Below, piece by piece: positions 20,015-30,680 of a DNA stretch of 64,000 nucleotides. The stretch's first letter is position 1. Each line of letters opens with the position of its first letter. The position numbers and the translations under genes were made by a program. The notes beneath the pieces were generated by a model that was not told where the DNA came from, ran no database searches, and was given only the letters and a program-made list of their open reading frames with translations. Source of the stretch: Pseudomonadota bacterium (lineage in GTDB: Bacteria > Bdellovibrionota_G > JALEGL01 > DATDPG01); contig JAZDDX010000020.1 in assembly GCA_043809315.1 (NCBI GenBank), forward strand, positions 32,001 to 96,000, given 5' to 3'.

Positions 20015-21471
20015 TTCTTCGGGATTTCCTTCAGGACCTCCGTTACGAACGTCCAGAACTTCTCGACCGACGGGATATTCAGCTGCTCGTCCGGCGAGTG
20101 CGGAAAACGGATCGTCGGCCCGAACGAGATCGCGTCCATCGTCGGGTATTTCGACCGGATAATGCCGCACTCGAGACCGCCGTGCGTCGCCGAGATCTTC
20201 GCCTCTTTCCCGAATTTTTTCTTGTAGACCTCCTTCAAGGCCGCAAGAACGGGCGACTCGAAGTACGGTTCCCACCCCGGATACCCGCTGGTGACCTCAA
20301 CCTCGGCTCCGGCCAACTCGAAGACGTTCCGGATCATCGCCGCGATGTTCGGCCTCATCGACTCGATCGAACTCCGCAGCATGCTGTGGATCTTGACCAC
20401 GCCGTTCTCGCTCTTAATGATCGCCAGATTGGTCGACGTCTCGGCCACGTTCGGCATCCCAGGCAGAAGCGCGAAAGCGCCGTGCGGGCAGGCGTACACG
20501 GAGCGGATCAGCCGTTCCGTCGCGCTCGCATCCATCACCTTCCCCGGAAGATCCGCCTTCTCCACCTTGATCGTCAGTTCCGGATCGACCCGCTTGAGCT
20601 CCCCTTTGAGCCATCCGGTGACGGTTGCCGCCTTCTTGGTGAAAAGCTCGGCCTTTCCCTTCGGTACCGTCACGACCGCCCACGCCCAGCGCGGGATGGC
20701 GTTCCGGAGGTCTCCCCCTTCGATCTTCGCGATCCGTAAGGCCGTTTCTTTCCAGGTTTCGTAGAGAATCCGGTTCAGGACCTTGTTGGCGTTCCCGCGG
20801 TTCAACTGGATATCGACCCCCGAGTGCCCCCCTTTGAGCCCCGTGATGTCCACTTTGTACGCCACGGAATCGGTCGGAACCGACTCCTCTTTGTACGTCA
20901 GCTTCGCGATCGCGTCGCACCCGCCGGCGCATCCGATGCAAAGTTCCCCTTCATCCTCGTTGTCGAGATTGATGAGAATGTCCCCCTTCAAGAGTCCCGG
21001 TTTCAGCTTCTCAGCCCCGGTCATCCCCTGCTCCTCGTCGATCGTGAAGAGGGCCTCGATCGGGCCGTGGGTCAGATCCTTCGCCTCGAGAACGGCAAGC
21101 ACCGTGGCTACGCCGATCCCGTTGTCTGCGCCGAGAGTCGTCCCCGTCGCCTTGACGAGGTCCCCCTCGATCCGCGGGCGGATCGGATCGGTCGGAAAGT
21201 CGTGTTTCACGTCCTGGTTCTTCTGGGGAACCATGTCCAGATGGGTCTGAAAAACGACCCCGCGCCGGTTCTCCATCCCTTTCGTGGCCGGCTTCCGGAT
21301 GATCACGTTTCCCGCTTCGTCGATCGTCGACTCCAACCCGCACGATTTGCCGAAATCGCGGACATACTCCGCGATCTTCTTCTCGTGCGTGGAGGGGTGA
21401 GGGATCGAACAGATCTTCTCGAAATGGTTCCAAATTGCGGTCGGTTTCAGATTTCCCAAAACGTTTCCCAT
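20011..21471 (-). CDS. pepD: Aminoacyl-histidine dipeptidase (M20)
   Basis: QTHLDMV, LGADNGIG, DEE.GM.GA, GGHSG, HGGLECG and HSPDE motifs. Confidence 0.95.
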   Translation of the reverse strand: MGNVLGNLKPTAIWNHFEKICSIPHPSTHEKKIAEYVRDFGKSCGLESTIDEAGNVIIRKPATKGMENRRGVVFQTHLDMVPQKNQDVKHDFPTDPIRPRIEGDLVKATGTTLGADNGIGVATVLAVLEAKDLTHGPIEALFTIDEEQGMTGAEKLKPGLLKGDILINLDNEDEGELCIGCAGGCDAIAKLTYKEESVPTDSVAYKVDITGLKGGHSGVDIQLNRGNANKVLNRILYETWKETALRIAKIEGGDLRNAIPRWAWAVVTVPKGKAELFTKKAATVTGWLKGELKRVDPELTIKVEKADLPGKVMDASATERLIRSVYACPHGAFALLPGMPNVAETSTNLAIIKSENGVVKIHSMLRSSIESMRPNIAAMIRNVFELAGAEVEVTSGYPGWEPYFESPVLAALKEVYKKKFGKEAKISATHGGLECGIIRSKYPTMDAISFGPTIRFPHSPDEQLNIPSVEKFWTFVTEVLKEIPKK

Positions 21472-21603
21472 GGTCCTATGCTCCCGGTTTAAGGTTAGTA
21501 CCGATCGTTTGCCACAAGCCCGGGCTGATTTCCAGTAAGAAAGCGGTCCTCCTTGCGATCCGGAGGGGCCGGGCCTAAAGTATGGCTTCGCCGGGAGAAT
21601 TCG

Positions 21604-23004
21604 TTGACCCCAAGATCCGAAGCCGACCGAGAAAAACGTGCCGTAGCCCTTTCATCAGTGGTGGCGGCGGTTTTTCTGACGGGGATGAAGCTTGCCGTCG
21701 GCCTCTGGACCGGAAGCTTGGGGCTCCTCTCGGAAGCCGCTCATTCGGGGCTCGATTTCGTCGCCGCCGCCATAACGTTCTTCGCGGTCCGGGCGGCGGG
21801 CAAACCGGCCGACCCCGAGCACACCTACGGTCACGGGAAGATCGAGAGCCTTTCGGCCCTCTTTGAGACGTTTCTGCTCCTGGTGACCTGCATCTGGATC
21901 ATCTACGAAGCATGTCGACGCCTCTTCTTTGACGAGGTGCACGTGGATGCCAACATCTACGGGTTCGTCGCAATCGCCCTTTCGATCGTCATCGACTTCT
22001 CGAGATCCCGGGCCTTGATGAAGACGGCCAAGAAATACCGGAGCCAGGCTTTGGAAGCGGATGCCCTTCACTTCTCGACCGACATCTGGTCGTCGCTCGT
22101 CGTTCTCTTCGGTCTCGGAATGGTCTGGCTGGCCCACCGTTTCGATTTCCCTCGCCTGGGGTACGCCGATTCCATCGCCGCGTTGATCGTCGCCGCCATC
22201 GTCATCTGGATCTGCTTCCGCCTGGGGAAACGGACGTTGGACGACCTTTTGGATGCCGTCCCCCCCGATCTCGTCGATCGCGTGCGGAACGCCTCCCGAG
22301 TCGCCGGAGTCGCCGAGGTCAAGCAGGCGCGTCTTCGGAGAAGCGGTCCCACTTTTTTCGCCGACATCACGCTCGCCGTCGGGCAGGATTCCCCGTTCTC
22401 GTTTGCACACCGGATCGCGCATGAGGCGGAGGAGGCGGTTCGAAAGATCCTCCCCGAAGCCGACGTGGTCGTTCATGTCGATCCCGCGGGAGAAGCACAC
22501 GACAACACCGTCGGCCGCATCCGTGAAATTGCTTCCAAACACGGACTTCAGGCACATGCGATCGCCGTATCGTCGGGAGAGAAATCGGGATCGATCGAGA
22601 TGCATCTTGAGATGGACGGAGGTCTTCGGGTGGCCGAGGCCCACGAGAAGGTCAGCGGCTTCGAAAAAGAGCTGCACGACACTCTCCCGAGATTCCCCGT
22701 CATCACCACGCACATCGAGCCGGTAACCGACGGGGTTCTGGACGACGCGGCCGCCAAGCCGGATGACGCCCAGCAGGTCCGGGACCTTCTGCGTGGGATG
22801 AGCCGCGAGAACCGGACGACCCTCGAAGCGCACGACCTCCAGGTCCGCCGGGAGGACGGAAAGCTCGTGATTGTTTTTCACCTGGTCTGTGACGGATCCG
22901 TGAGCCTCGCCGAGGCCCACACCCTGACGGCAAAGATCGAGGCGCGCTTACGCCAACAGATTCACGACGTTGGCCGCATCGTCATTCACACCGAACCGGC
23001 TTAG
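21604..23004 (+). CDS. Cation diffusion facilitator with three tandem C-terminal (ZT_dimer-like) domains
   Basis: [17 protein letters not shown] and ADALHFSTD motifs; repeats ending VVVHVDP, ITTHIEP and IVIHTEP. Start uncertain (TTG 21604 with GGGAG upstream). Confidence 0.92.
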   Translation: MTPRSEADREKRAVALSSVVAAVFLTGMKLAVGLWTGSLGLLSEAAHSGLDFVAAAITFFAVRAAGKPADPEHTYGHGKIESLSALFETFLLLVTCIWIIYEACRRLFFDEVHVDANIYGFVAIALSIVIDFSRSRALMKTAKKYRSQALEADALHFSTDIWSSLVVLFGLGMVWLAHRFDFPRLGYADSIAALIVAAIVIWICFRLGKRTLDDLLDAVPPDLVDRVRNASRVAGVAEVKQARLRRSGPTFFADITLAVGQDSPFSFAHRIAHEAEEAVRKILPEADVVVHVDPAGEAHDNTVGRIREIASKHGLQAHAIAVSSGEKSGSIEMHLEMDGGLRVAEAHEKVSGFEKELHDTLPRFPVITTHIEPVTDGVLDDAAAKPDDAQQVRDLLRGMSRENRTTLEAHDLQVRREDGKLVIVFHLVCDGSVSLAEAHTLTAKIEARLRQQIHDVGRIVIHTEPA

Positions 23005-24263
23005 CAACAACAGGAAGTCGGCATGTTGGCGACGATCGCCTTGCCGAACGCCGAGGTCTTGAGCTCAGTCGCCCCGTCGATCTGGCGCGCCAAATCGTAG
23101 GTGACCTTCTTCTCCGACACCGCCCGTTCGAGCCCCGCGAGAATCAAATCCGCGACCTCATTCCACCCCAGGTGTTGGAACATCATGACACCGGAGAGGA
23201 TGAGTGACGACGGGTTGACCTTGTCCTGCCCCGCATATTTCGGCGCGGTTCCGTGCGTTGCTTCGAAGAGCGCCACCTCGTCGCTCATGTTGGCGCCCGG
23301 TGCCATCCCTAAGCCCCCTACCTGGGCGGCCGCCGCATCCGACAGATAATCGCCGTTCAGATTCGGCGTCGCGGCGACGTGATACTCCTCGGGCCGCAAG
23401 AGGATCTGCTGGAAGAAGCTGTCGGCGATCCGGTCTTTAAGGACGATCTTCCCGGCCGGCACCTTCCCGTTGAACTTTTCCATCACCTCGTCCTCGGTGA
23501 CAACCCGGTCCACGAACTCCGCCTTCGCAAGCTCATACCCCCAGGTCCGGAAGTACCCTTCCGTGAACTTCATGATGTTCCCTTTGTGGACCAGCGTGAC
23601 CGTCGGCAACTTATGATCGATCGCGTACTGGATCGCCTTTCGGACCAGCCGCTGGCTGTTCGCCTTGCTCATCGGCTTGATGCCGATCGCCGATCCTTTG
23701 GCGACCTTCTTCTTCGATTCCTGGTTGATGACCTCGATGACCCGCTCCGCCGAGGCGCTCCCCGCCTCCCACTCGATCCCGGCGTACACGTCCTCGACGT
23801 TCTCGCGGAAGATCACGAGGTTCATTCGTTCCGGATGCTTGACCGGCGACGGAACACCGGGGATCCAGCGGACCGGCCGAACGCAGGCGAAGAGATCGAG
23901 GTTCTGTCGAAGCGACACGTTGATGCTCCGGATCCCCCCGCCGACCGGGGTGGTCAGGGGCCCCTTGATCGCGACTTTGTACTCCGCGATCGCCTGGAGC
24001 GTGTCGTCCGGAAGCCATGTGTTCGGCCCGTAGATCTCGTTCGCTTTTTCGCCGGCGTAGATCTCGAACCACTCGATCCGGCGGGTTCCCTTGTAGGCGC
24101 GCTCCACGGCGGCATCGAAGACTGCTACGGAAGCCCTCCAGATGTCGGGTCCGATCCCGTCCCCTTCGATGAACGGTATGATCGGATTCTGCCCGACAAT
24201 GAGTTTCCCTTTTTCCGCCCGGATCTTTTCCCCACGCTTCGGGGGGGTCAGTTTCGTAAACAT
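23001..24263 (-). CDS. icd: Isocitrate dehydrogenase (E. coli-type, probably NADP-dependent)
   Basis: [39 protein letters not shown] and [12 protein letters not shown] motifs. Confidence 0.97.
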   Translation of the reverse strand: MFTKLTPPKRGEKIRAEKGKLIVGQNPIIPFIEGDGIGPDIWRASVAVFDAAVERAYKGTRRIEWFEIYAGEKANEIYGPNTWLPDDTLQAIAEYKVAIKGPLTTPVGGGIRSINVSLRQNLDLFACVRPVRWIPGVPSPVKHPERMNLVIFRENVEDVYAGIEWEAGSASAERVIEVINQESKKKVAKGSAIGIKPMSKANSQRLVRKAIQYAIDHKLPTVTLVHKGNIMKFTEGYFRTWGYELAKAEFVDRVVTEDEVMEKFNGKVPAGKIVLKDRIADSFFQQILLRPEEYHVAATPNLNGDYLSDAAAAQVGGLGMAPGANMSDEVALFEATHGTAPKYAGQDKVNPSSLILSGVMMFQHLGWNEVADLILAGLERAVSEKKVTYDLARQIDGATELKTSAFGKAIVANMPTSCCC

Positions 24264-24336
24264 GCGGGCACTTCTATAGAGATTCGGCGCACGAGACAAG
24301 ACGGAATGATGGCAGCCCGAGCATGGCGTGATCCCG

Positions 24337-27267
24337 TTATTCCCCCCCGCCGGTCACGTCTCCATGCGTCCCGACCTCGTCCAGGATGATTCTCAATCCC
24401 GTAACGGAGCGCTGAAAACGGAAGATAATCCGAAGCGCCTGTTTCCGGATTCCAAGCCTCGCCTTGTACGAACCTTTCTGGATCGTAAGCTCGTTGATCT
24501 GCAGTATCTTCCCGATCACCCGCTTCAACTGCGCATTCCCACGAATGTACCTGCTCAGGAGGATGAGGGCGCGGTTGATCCTCAACTTGTGATCCGGACT
24601 CAGCCCTTTGTAACCGTTTTCGAACCGATTGGTGACCTGAAGATCGTCCGGAAGATTTTCGGGCGAAACTTGCTCGGCTTGGGCGGTGATCGCATCCAGA
24701 TCTAGGCTCGCCGATTGCGCGATCTGTTGTTCGACTTCGAAGTCGTCCAGAGAGGTCGCATCCCCACTCTCCGCAGCTGCAGCCTGTTTCGGCTTGATCG
24801 AAATCCCCGTCTTCTTGAGATCGAGGTCGGGGGGGACCTCCTGACTCCCGAATCGATTCAACAGATCTTTCCGATTGGTGGCTTTGAGATCCTGGGCCAG
24901 GTTCGTCCGGAAGGTCCGAAGGCAATCCTCGAGCTGGATCGGGGTCAGGTCACGGATCGGTTTCAGGATGAGCTTTTCGATCTCCAGATAGATCGGCTCC
25001 AATTTCTCCCTGGAGTTCTCGGCGCGGTTCACTTTTTTGAGGAGCGAGATCCAACCGTTGAGACGAGGGATCAGTTCGGCCCGTTCCGAGATCCGCCGGA
25101 TCTCCTCTTCCGTGAACGTTCTCTGAGCTTTGACCGGCTCGGGGCGCCTTTCCGGTTTCGGCTTTCCGACTTGAAGCGCGCGCCGCTCCTCCGCCGCGCG
25201 TACCGCCCGGTCGGCCTCCTCCAATTCCCGGGAGGTCTTCTCCAGGTAGGGATCGGTTCGATCCGCCTCCTCCTGAACCTGATTCATGATTGTTTCGAGC
25301 TGGGCATCGGTCAACTCCACCGCCCCCACTTCGTCGTCCAGCCGGTGAATCCGGGCGTCCACCTCTTTCAGGAGGCCGCTTGCCCTGCTCGCCGTGAGGG
25401 GGCCGTCCTCCAGATTGAAGCTGCTGGCTGCCAGATCTGCGGGTAGAGGGGTCGAGTGAAGCAGACGGGCGATCTCGTACATCTTGTTATTCAGGAGTCC
25501 CAACCTTGCCTGGTGCTGATGCAGAAACCTCAGCAACCGAACGAGCTTCGGGCCGTCCGCGAGAGCGTTCTTTTTCACGGCCTCCCGGATCTGTCTTCTC
25601 AGAATGCCGTCCCGGAACTCGGTGACCCGTTGGGGAAAACCGAAGATCCCTTCCACGGTGCCCATGAAAAACCTCGCGACGATCCAGGCCCGAGTGTGAT
25701 CGCTCACGAGAGCGATCGCCCGGAGATCCTTTGAGCTCAACTCCCTGGTCGAACGGGTGCCCAAGATCATCCACAATCCAAATCGCCCTCCGAGCGGCAT
25801 TTTTTCCAACTCTCTCAGGCGGTCGAGCAGCCACCCCGGGAGATCGTCGGGAGGTTCATCCCGAAGGGCTTTCTCATACGTGTCTTTTGCGAAGTCAGAC
25901 CCTATCTTGAAAAAACTCGGTGGGTTGCCGGAAGACGACCGGCCAGTCCTTTTCTTCGAATTCTGAATATCGCGCGGATCCGGCTGCCGTTTCCGACCCT
26001 CTTGAATCCCCTGCTGCTGGAACCATTCGTACAACGACTCCTCTTCGGAAAGATCGGACTCCTCCAAGTCGGATCGCGCGTACCCTTTTTTCAACTCGCT
26101 CCGAATCGGTTCCATGACCTGGACGGCGCCGGAACCGACCGCCGAATTTTTCGGCAGGCCCGCCGGGTTTGAAAAGGGAACGGAAAGATTCGACGGCTGG
26201 AGGACTTGAAACGGCGCGACCGCCGGCCGGTTGGGCGGGGTCGTCGAAGCGGGGCTTCGGTACGAGGAAACCAGGCGCATGGTCGAACCGCCGCCGGATC
26301 CAACGCCGACCGGCTCGAAAACCGGTTCGAGCGGACCCGGCTCATACAATGGATACGATGAACCCTCCTCCGGCGGATTCGTCCGGAAACCGCGGATCAA
26401 CTCCTCCGCGGTGAGGTTGGACTTCGGGGGGTTCCCCGAACCTTTCGGCTCCACCGCATTCCGCAACCCCCCGATCAGGGTACCGAAACCGCGGATCGAA
26501 GCGAGAGCCGCACCGGCGCATCCTCCCGCAAAACCGAATGCGAAGTAGTTCACCTGGCGCGCGAGATGCGCACCGACCCCCTCGTAATCGTCGTCCAGGT
26601 AGAGCGTAAAGAATGTTCCGACGTTCCATGCGATCCAGAGGGAGAGCAAACCGATCACGATTCCGTCCACGACCAAGAGAATCGGCGCCCCCGGCGTGGC
26701 ATGCGCTGCCAAATACGCGTATCCGAAAACCGCCGCGCCGCTCATCGAGGCCACCCCGAGATCGATGAGAAGCGTTCTCACCGTCTCTTCCCCGTACATC
26801 CGCTCGAACTCGTCGATGAAACCGTTCCAGATCCGCGCCGCCGTCGAAAGATTCACCTGAACCTCTGTCTCCCGAAGGGTCTCGGGGTTGCGGATGACGA
26901 ACGTCGGTTCCACATTTTGGAGGGAGAGAGAGTTAATTCGCAAGAACTCGGGGGAAACCGAGATGCGACCGCTCGAGTCGATCTTGAAAATCTCCCCGGC
27001 GTACCGGATCGGCTTCTGTTCCCCGAACGAATAGCTGACGATCACCGGTGGCGAGGGACGGCTCGGGTCGATCGGGCAAACCGGCGGAAGCGGCTCGTTC
27101 TTCCCGGAGTGTACCTTCAGGTAGATCTTTTCCGGACGAAGTACGCGGACGCTCGCGCGTTCCGAACGATCGAGACTCTGCGCCATTGCGTAGTACGGCC
27201 CCATGCCGATCGAAACGATCAGCACCGCCGCCAGGCCGCTCACGATTTCCCGTTTCCAAAGCCTCAT
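24337..27267 (-). CDS. Large exported multidomain protein with a C-terminal RelE-like domain (candidate polymorphic toxin/effector)
   Basis: Long ORF filling the icd-aconitase gap; signal peptide ending AMA-QS; hydrophobic block; coiled coil; C-terminal [12 protein letters not shown]...YKARLG...LRIIF...[11 protein letters not shown]. Start 27267 or 27303. Confidence 0.7.
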   Translation of the reverse strand: MRLWKREIVSGLAAVLIVSIGMGPYYAMAQSLDRSERASVRVLRPEKIYLKVHSGKNEPLPPVCPIDPSRPSPPVIVSYSFGEQKPIRYAGEIFKIDSSGRISVSPEFLRINSLSLQNVEPTFVIRNPETLRETEVQVNLSTAARIWNGFIDEFERMYGEETVRTLLIDLGVASMSGAAVFGYAYLAAHATPGAPILLVVDGIVIGLLSLWIAWNVGTFFTLYLDDDYEGVGAHLARQVNYFAFGFAGGCAGAALASIRGFGTLIGGLRNAVEPKGSGNPPKSNLTAEELIRGFRTNPPEEGSSYPLYEPGPLEPVFEPVGVGSGGGSTMRLVSSYRSPASTTPPNRPAVAPFQVLQPSNLSVPFSNPAGLPKNSAVGSGAVQVMEPIRSELKKGYARSDLEESDLSEEESLYEWFQQQGIQEGRKRQPDPRDIQNSKKRTGRSSSGNPPSFFKIGSDFAKDTYEKALRDEPPDDLPGWLLDRLRELEKMPLGGRFGLWMILGTRSTRELSSKDLRAIALVSDHTRAWIVARFFMGTVEGIFGFPQRVTEFRDGILRRQIREAVKKNALADGPKLVRLLRFLHQHQARLGLLNNKMYEIARLLHSTPLPADLAASSFNLEDGPLTASRASGLLKEVDARIHRLDDEVGAVELTDAQLETIMNQVQEEADRTDPYLEKTSRELEEADRAVRAAEERRALQVGKPKPERRPEPVKAQRTFTEEEIRRISERAELIPRLNGWISLLKKVNRAENSREKLEPIYLEIEKLILKPIRDLTPIQLEDCLRTFRTNLAQDLKATNRKDLLNRFGSQEVPPDLDLKKTGISIKPKQAAAAESGDATSLDDFEVEQQIAQSASLDLDAITAQAEQVSPENLPDDLQVTNRFENGYKGLSPDHKLRINRALILLSRYIRGNAQLKRVIGKILQINELTIQKGSYKARLGIRKQALRIIFRFQRSVTGLRIILDEVGTHGDVTGGGE

Positions 27268-27431
27268 GAAGTTCGACTCAAATCGAACCGGCACTCTTAT
27301 CAAACGTGACGCATAAAGTCAATTGGGCTGTCGCTTTTTGTTGTCTGTTTCCAATGGGTTATCTATCTCTGGTGCCGACCGCCGTTCCGTGATGTGACAC
27401 AAAGTTGAAGATCCGTATAATCCCCCCCGCC

Positions 27432-29651
27432 ATGGAACCGAGAAACGCCCTGACCCCAGCCACCACCCTCTACTCGACCTATACCGCCCGGGTGACCGCC
27501 GCCCGGAAGAGTCTCGGCCGACCGCTGACGCTGACCGAGAAGATCCTCTACAGCCATCTCTTGAACTCCGACAGCCGGCCGTTCGAGCGGGGGAAGAGCA
27601 TCCTCGAGATCCGCCCCGACCGTGTCGTCATGCAGGACGCCACCGCCCAAATGGCTCTCCTTCAGTTCATCTCCTCGGGCAAACAAACGGTGGACGTCGC
27701 CTCTTCGGTTCATTGCGATCACCTGATCGTCTTCGAAAAAGGGGCCGGGGAAGATCTCAAGGGGGCGCGGGTCTTGAACGGGGAGATCTACGACTTCCTC
27801 TCCACCGTCTGTAAGAAGTACGGGATCGATTTTTGGGGGCCGGGGAGCGGAATCATCCACCAGGTGTTCCTGGAGACATACGCCTTCCCCGGCGGCGTCG
27901 TGATCGGAACCGATTCCCACACCGTGAACGCCGGCGGTTTGACGATGGCGGCGATCGGCGTGGGGGGAGCGGACGCGGTCGACGCGATGGTCGGACTCCC
28001 GTGGGAAGTTCTCCATCCCAAGGTGATCGGCGTCCATCTCACCGGCAAACTTTCCGGTTGGACTTCCCCGAAAGACATCGTTCTCAAGGTTCTCGAGATC
28101 CTGACCTGTGCCGGAGGGACGAACCACGCGATCGAGTATTTCGGCGAGGGGGCCGAATCGATCAGCGCGACCGGAAAAGCGACGATCGCCAACATGTGCG
28201 CCGAGCTCGGCGGAACGATGTCGGTCTTTCCGTACGATTCGAAGATCGAGGCGTACCTGAAGCTCACGGGGCGCGATTCGATCGCAACGCTCGTCCGTCC
28301 GCTCGCCTGCGAATTGAGACCGGATCCGGAGATCTTCAAAACCCCCGCGAAATATTATGACCGGGTGATCGAGATCGATCTCGCAAAGCTCGAGCCGATG
28401 GTCGGCGGGCCCCACTCCCCTGACGTCGTCCACCCGATTTCGAAGCTGGCCGATCACATCCGGAAGAACAACTACCCGGCTGCGATCGATGTGGCTCTGA
28501 TCGGAAGTTGCACGAACTCTTCGTACGAGGATATCGGTCGCGCCGCTCACGTCGCGAAACAGGCGCTGGAAAAAGGGATCAGGCTCAAGACGAAATTGGT
28601 CGTCACCCCCGGATCGGAAACGGTCTACGCAACCGCGAAGCGGGACGGACTCTTCGAACCTCTGATGAAGCTCGGAGCGGAGATCGGTGCGAACGCCTGC
28701 GGCCCCTGCATCGGGCAATGGAAACGGGAAGGGGCCAAGAAAGAGGAGCCGAACTCGATCGTGACGTCGTTCAATCGGAACTTCACGGGACGGAATGACG
28801 GGAACCCGAACACCTGCGCCTTCATCGCGAGTCCGGAACTGGTGATGGCTCTCGCCTGTACCGGCACGCTTCTCACCGACCCGACGAAGGGGGAACTCGA
28901 CCCGCCCGTGGCGGAGGAACTCCCGCCGAAAGGGTTCTCCCAGGTGGCCCCCGAGCCGACTTCGCCGGACGCGAAGCTCGAGCTCCGCGTTCTTCCGCAG
29001 AGCGAACGCCTCCAACTTCTGACCCCGTTCTCGGCCCCCAAGGCGGGAGAGCTCAAGGAGATGCCGATCCTTCTCAAAGTTTCCGGGAAGTGTACGACGG
29101 ATCACATTTCTCCCGCAGGGCCATGGCTTCGATACCGAGGACACCTGGAAAAGATCAGCGACAACCTGTTCTTCGGGGCGATGAACGCCTTCAGCGGGAA
29201 GAAGGGGACGGTTGCGGACGGCCGCCCGCTTCAAGAGGCGGCGAAAGAGTGGAAGAAGCAGGGGAAGAAGTGGGTCGCGGTCGGTGACGTGAACTACGGC
29301 GAGGGGTCGAGCCGGGAGCATGCCGCCATGTCCCCCCGCTTTTTGAACTGCGGGGCGGTCATCGCGAAGAGTTTCGCCCGGATCCACGAAACGAACCTCA
29401 AGAAACAGGGGATCGTACCGCTCACGTTTGCCGATCCGAAGAGCTACGACCTTCTGGAGGCAAGCGATACGATTTCCCTTCCGGACGTGACGGAGATCAA
29501 GCCGGGATTACCTGTTTCTGCAACGCTTCGGAAAAAAGACGGGAGAGAGGTTCGTTTTGAGTGCAGAAGTTCGCTGACGACGGAACAGATCGATTGGCTG
29601 AAAGCCGGAAGCGCGCTCAATGCGATCCGGGCGAAGTTGAAACAGGGCTGA
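27432..29651 (+). CDS. Aconitate hydratase (mitochondrial-like type)
   Basis: DRVVMQDATAQMA, HCDH, GIIHQV, GTDSHT, IGSCTNSS, CGPCIG, TTDHISPAG and NYGEGSSREHAA motifs. Confidence 0.96.
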   Translation: MEPRNALTPATTLYSTYTARVTAARKSLGRPLTLTEKILYSHLLNSDSRPFERGKSILEIRPDRVVMQDATAQMALLQFISSGKQTVDVASSVHCDHLIVFEKGAGEDLKGARVLNGEIYDFLSTVCKKYGIDFWGPGSGIIHQVFLETYAFPGGVVIGTDSHTVNAGGLTMAAIGVGGADAVDAMVGLPWEVLHPKVIGVHLTGKLSGWTSPKDIVLKVLEILTCAGGTNHAIEYFGEGAESISATGKATIANMCAELGGTMSVFPYDSKIEAYLKLTGRDSIATLVRPLACELRPDPEIFKTPAKYYDRVIEIDLAKLEPMVGGPHSPDVVHPISKLADHIRKNNYPAAIDVALIGSCTNSSYEDIGRAAHVAKQALEKGIRLKTKLVVTPGSETVYATAKRDGLFEPLMKLGAEIGANACGPCIGQWKREGAKKEEPNSIVTSFNRNFTGRNDGNPNTCAFIASPELVMALACTGTLLTDPTKGELDPPVAEELPPKGFSQVAPEPTSPDAKLELRVLPQSERLQLLTPFSAPKAGELKEMPILLKVSGKCTTDHISPAGPWLRYRGHLEKISDNLFFGAMNAFSGKKGTVADGRPLQEAAKEWKKQGKKWVAVGDVNYGEGSSREHAAMSPRFLNCGAVIAKSFARIHETNLKKQGIVPLTFADPKSYDLLEASDTISLPDVTEIKPGLPVSATLRKKDGREVRFECRSSLTTEQIDWLKAGSALNAIRAKLKQG

Positions 29652-29657
29652 TCCGTT

Positions 29658-30230
29658 CTACTTCACTGTAGCGTCCCGGAAGGCCTTTAGGAGTTCGACG
29701 CTACAAACCAGTGCATTCCAAAGTTCCGGGTTCTTATCTTTGGAGTTCATGAACGTCCAGAGCACGGGAATCCCTTTTTGGTCCCCGCGTGGATCCAGTT
29801 CGCCCCATGCATTGATCTCACGCGCGAGGCTCACGCAATTTCCGGGGTTTCTGGAACAGTCTATCTTTGTCGTCTTGGCCCATCCCTCGTCATCAACGAC
29901 CCATTTCCAGACGATCTTCGGGTCGAAGCTGAAAGCGTAGGTCCGATGAACACATCGCTCTCGGTCTTCGTCCCATCGTTCGCAGAAGTCGAATCGGAAA
30001 ACGCCGTCCGCCGGATCGATCTCGACCGTATGAAGTTGTCGCTTTTCCTCGTGACGTGCAAACGTCAGTCGCTGATCAGCACCGATGATGACTTTTGCGG
30101 GAAAGGTGACTTTGACGTGATTTTCCCCGCATTCCGCGGGCTTCTCGAACGTTCGGTCGAAGACATCATGCGACCCCGCCGTTGCAACAGGAACCAGGAA
30201 AAGAACGGCACCTGCAAGAAGTCGTTTCAT
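29658..30230 (-). CDS. Secreted hypothetical protein with six Cys
   Basis: Signal peptide MKRLLAGAVLFLVPVATA; paralogous remnant directly upstream. Confidence 0.8.
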   Translation of the reverse strand: MKRLLAGAVLFLVPVATAGSHDVFDRTFEKPAECGENHVKVTFPAKVIIGADQRLTFARHEEKRQLHTVEIDPADGVFRFDFCERWDEDRERCVHRTYAFSFDPKIVWKWVVDDEGWAKTTKIDCSRNPGNCVSLAREINAWGELDPRGDQKGIPVLWTFMNSKDKNPELWNALVCSVELLKAFRDATVK

Positions 30231-30407
30231 TTCGCGCGGCCTCTCATGAAATTTTCAAACGCGTCCAGGAGGGTCACGGCGCAGACGAGCGTGTTCCAGG
30301 TACGGTCGGTCCGATCATCGGAATCCATATGGTCCCAAACACTCGGGAATTCCTTTCCCGGAACCGAGCAGAAGAGCCCCGACGATGATCCCACTCGCAA
30401 CTTTCAC
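30227..30407 (-). pseudogene. Internally deleted, out-of-frame paralog of 29658..30230
   Basis: Manual translation: GTG start with signal-like VKVASGIIVGALLLGS; another frame gives KEFPSVWDHMDSDDRTDRTWNTLVCAVTLLDAF, 16/33 identical to the neighbour's C-terminus, with its stop overlapping the neighbour's ATG. Confidence 0.72.
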
Positions 30408-30452
30408 AAACCCCCTAAACGGGCGGAGGGATACTCGAAATAACGCGCTATG

Positions 30453-30650
30453 TCAACGCGGGGTCTTAAACCCGGCCTGCTTGTGCGCCCCATCGCAATA
30501 CGGCTTCTTCGCGCTCGCCCCGCACCGGCAAAGTGCGGTCGGCGACTCTCCGCTGCCTCCGATCACTTTCCCGTCCGCCGCGAGCAGCGCAAAGTCCCCC
30601 GTCACGAGGATCGGTCCGTCATCCAACAGCTTGATTTCGGTCTTTTTCAT
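30453..30650 (-). CDS. CDGSH iron-sulfur domain protein
   Basis: DGPILV...ALCRCGASAKKPYCDGAH motif. Confidence 0.93.
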   Translation of the reverse strand: MKKTEIKLLDDGPILVTGDFALLAADGKVIGGSGESPTALCRCGASAKKPYCDGAHKQAGFKTPR

Positions 30651-30680
30651 AGCGGGCGGATCTTACCGGCCCTCGGATAC

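Noticed and set aside
27363-29387. 674-aa antisense ORF
   Set aside because: Shadow of aconitase on the opposite strand; no motifs; expected in high-GC DNA.
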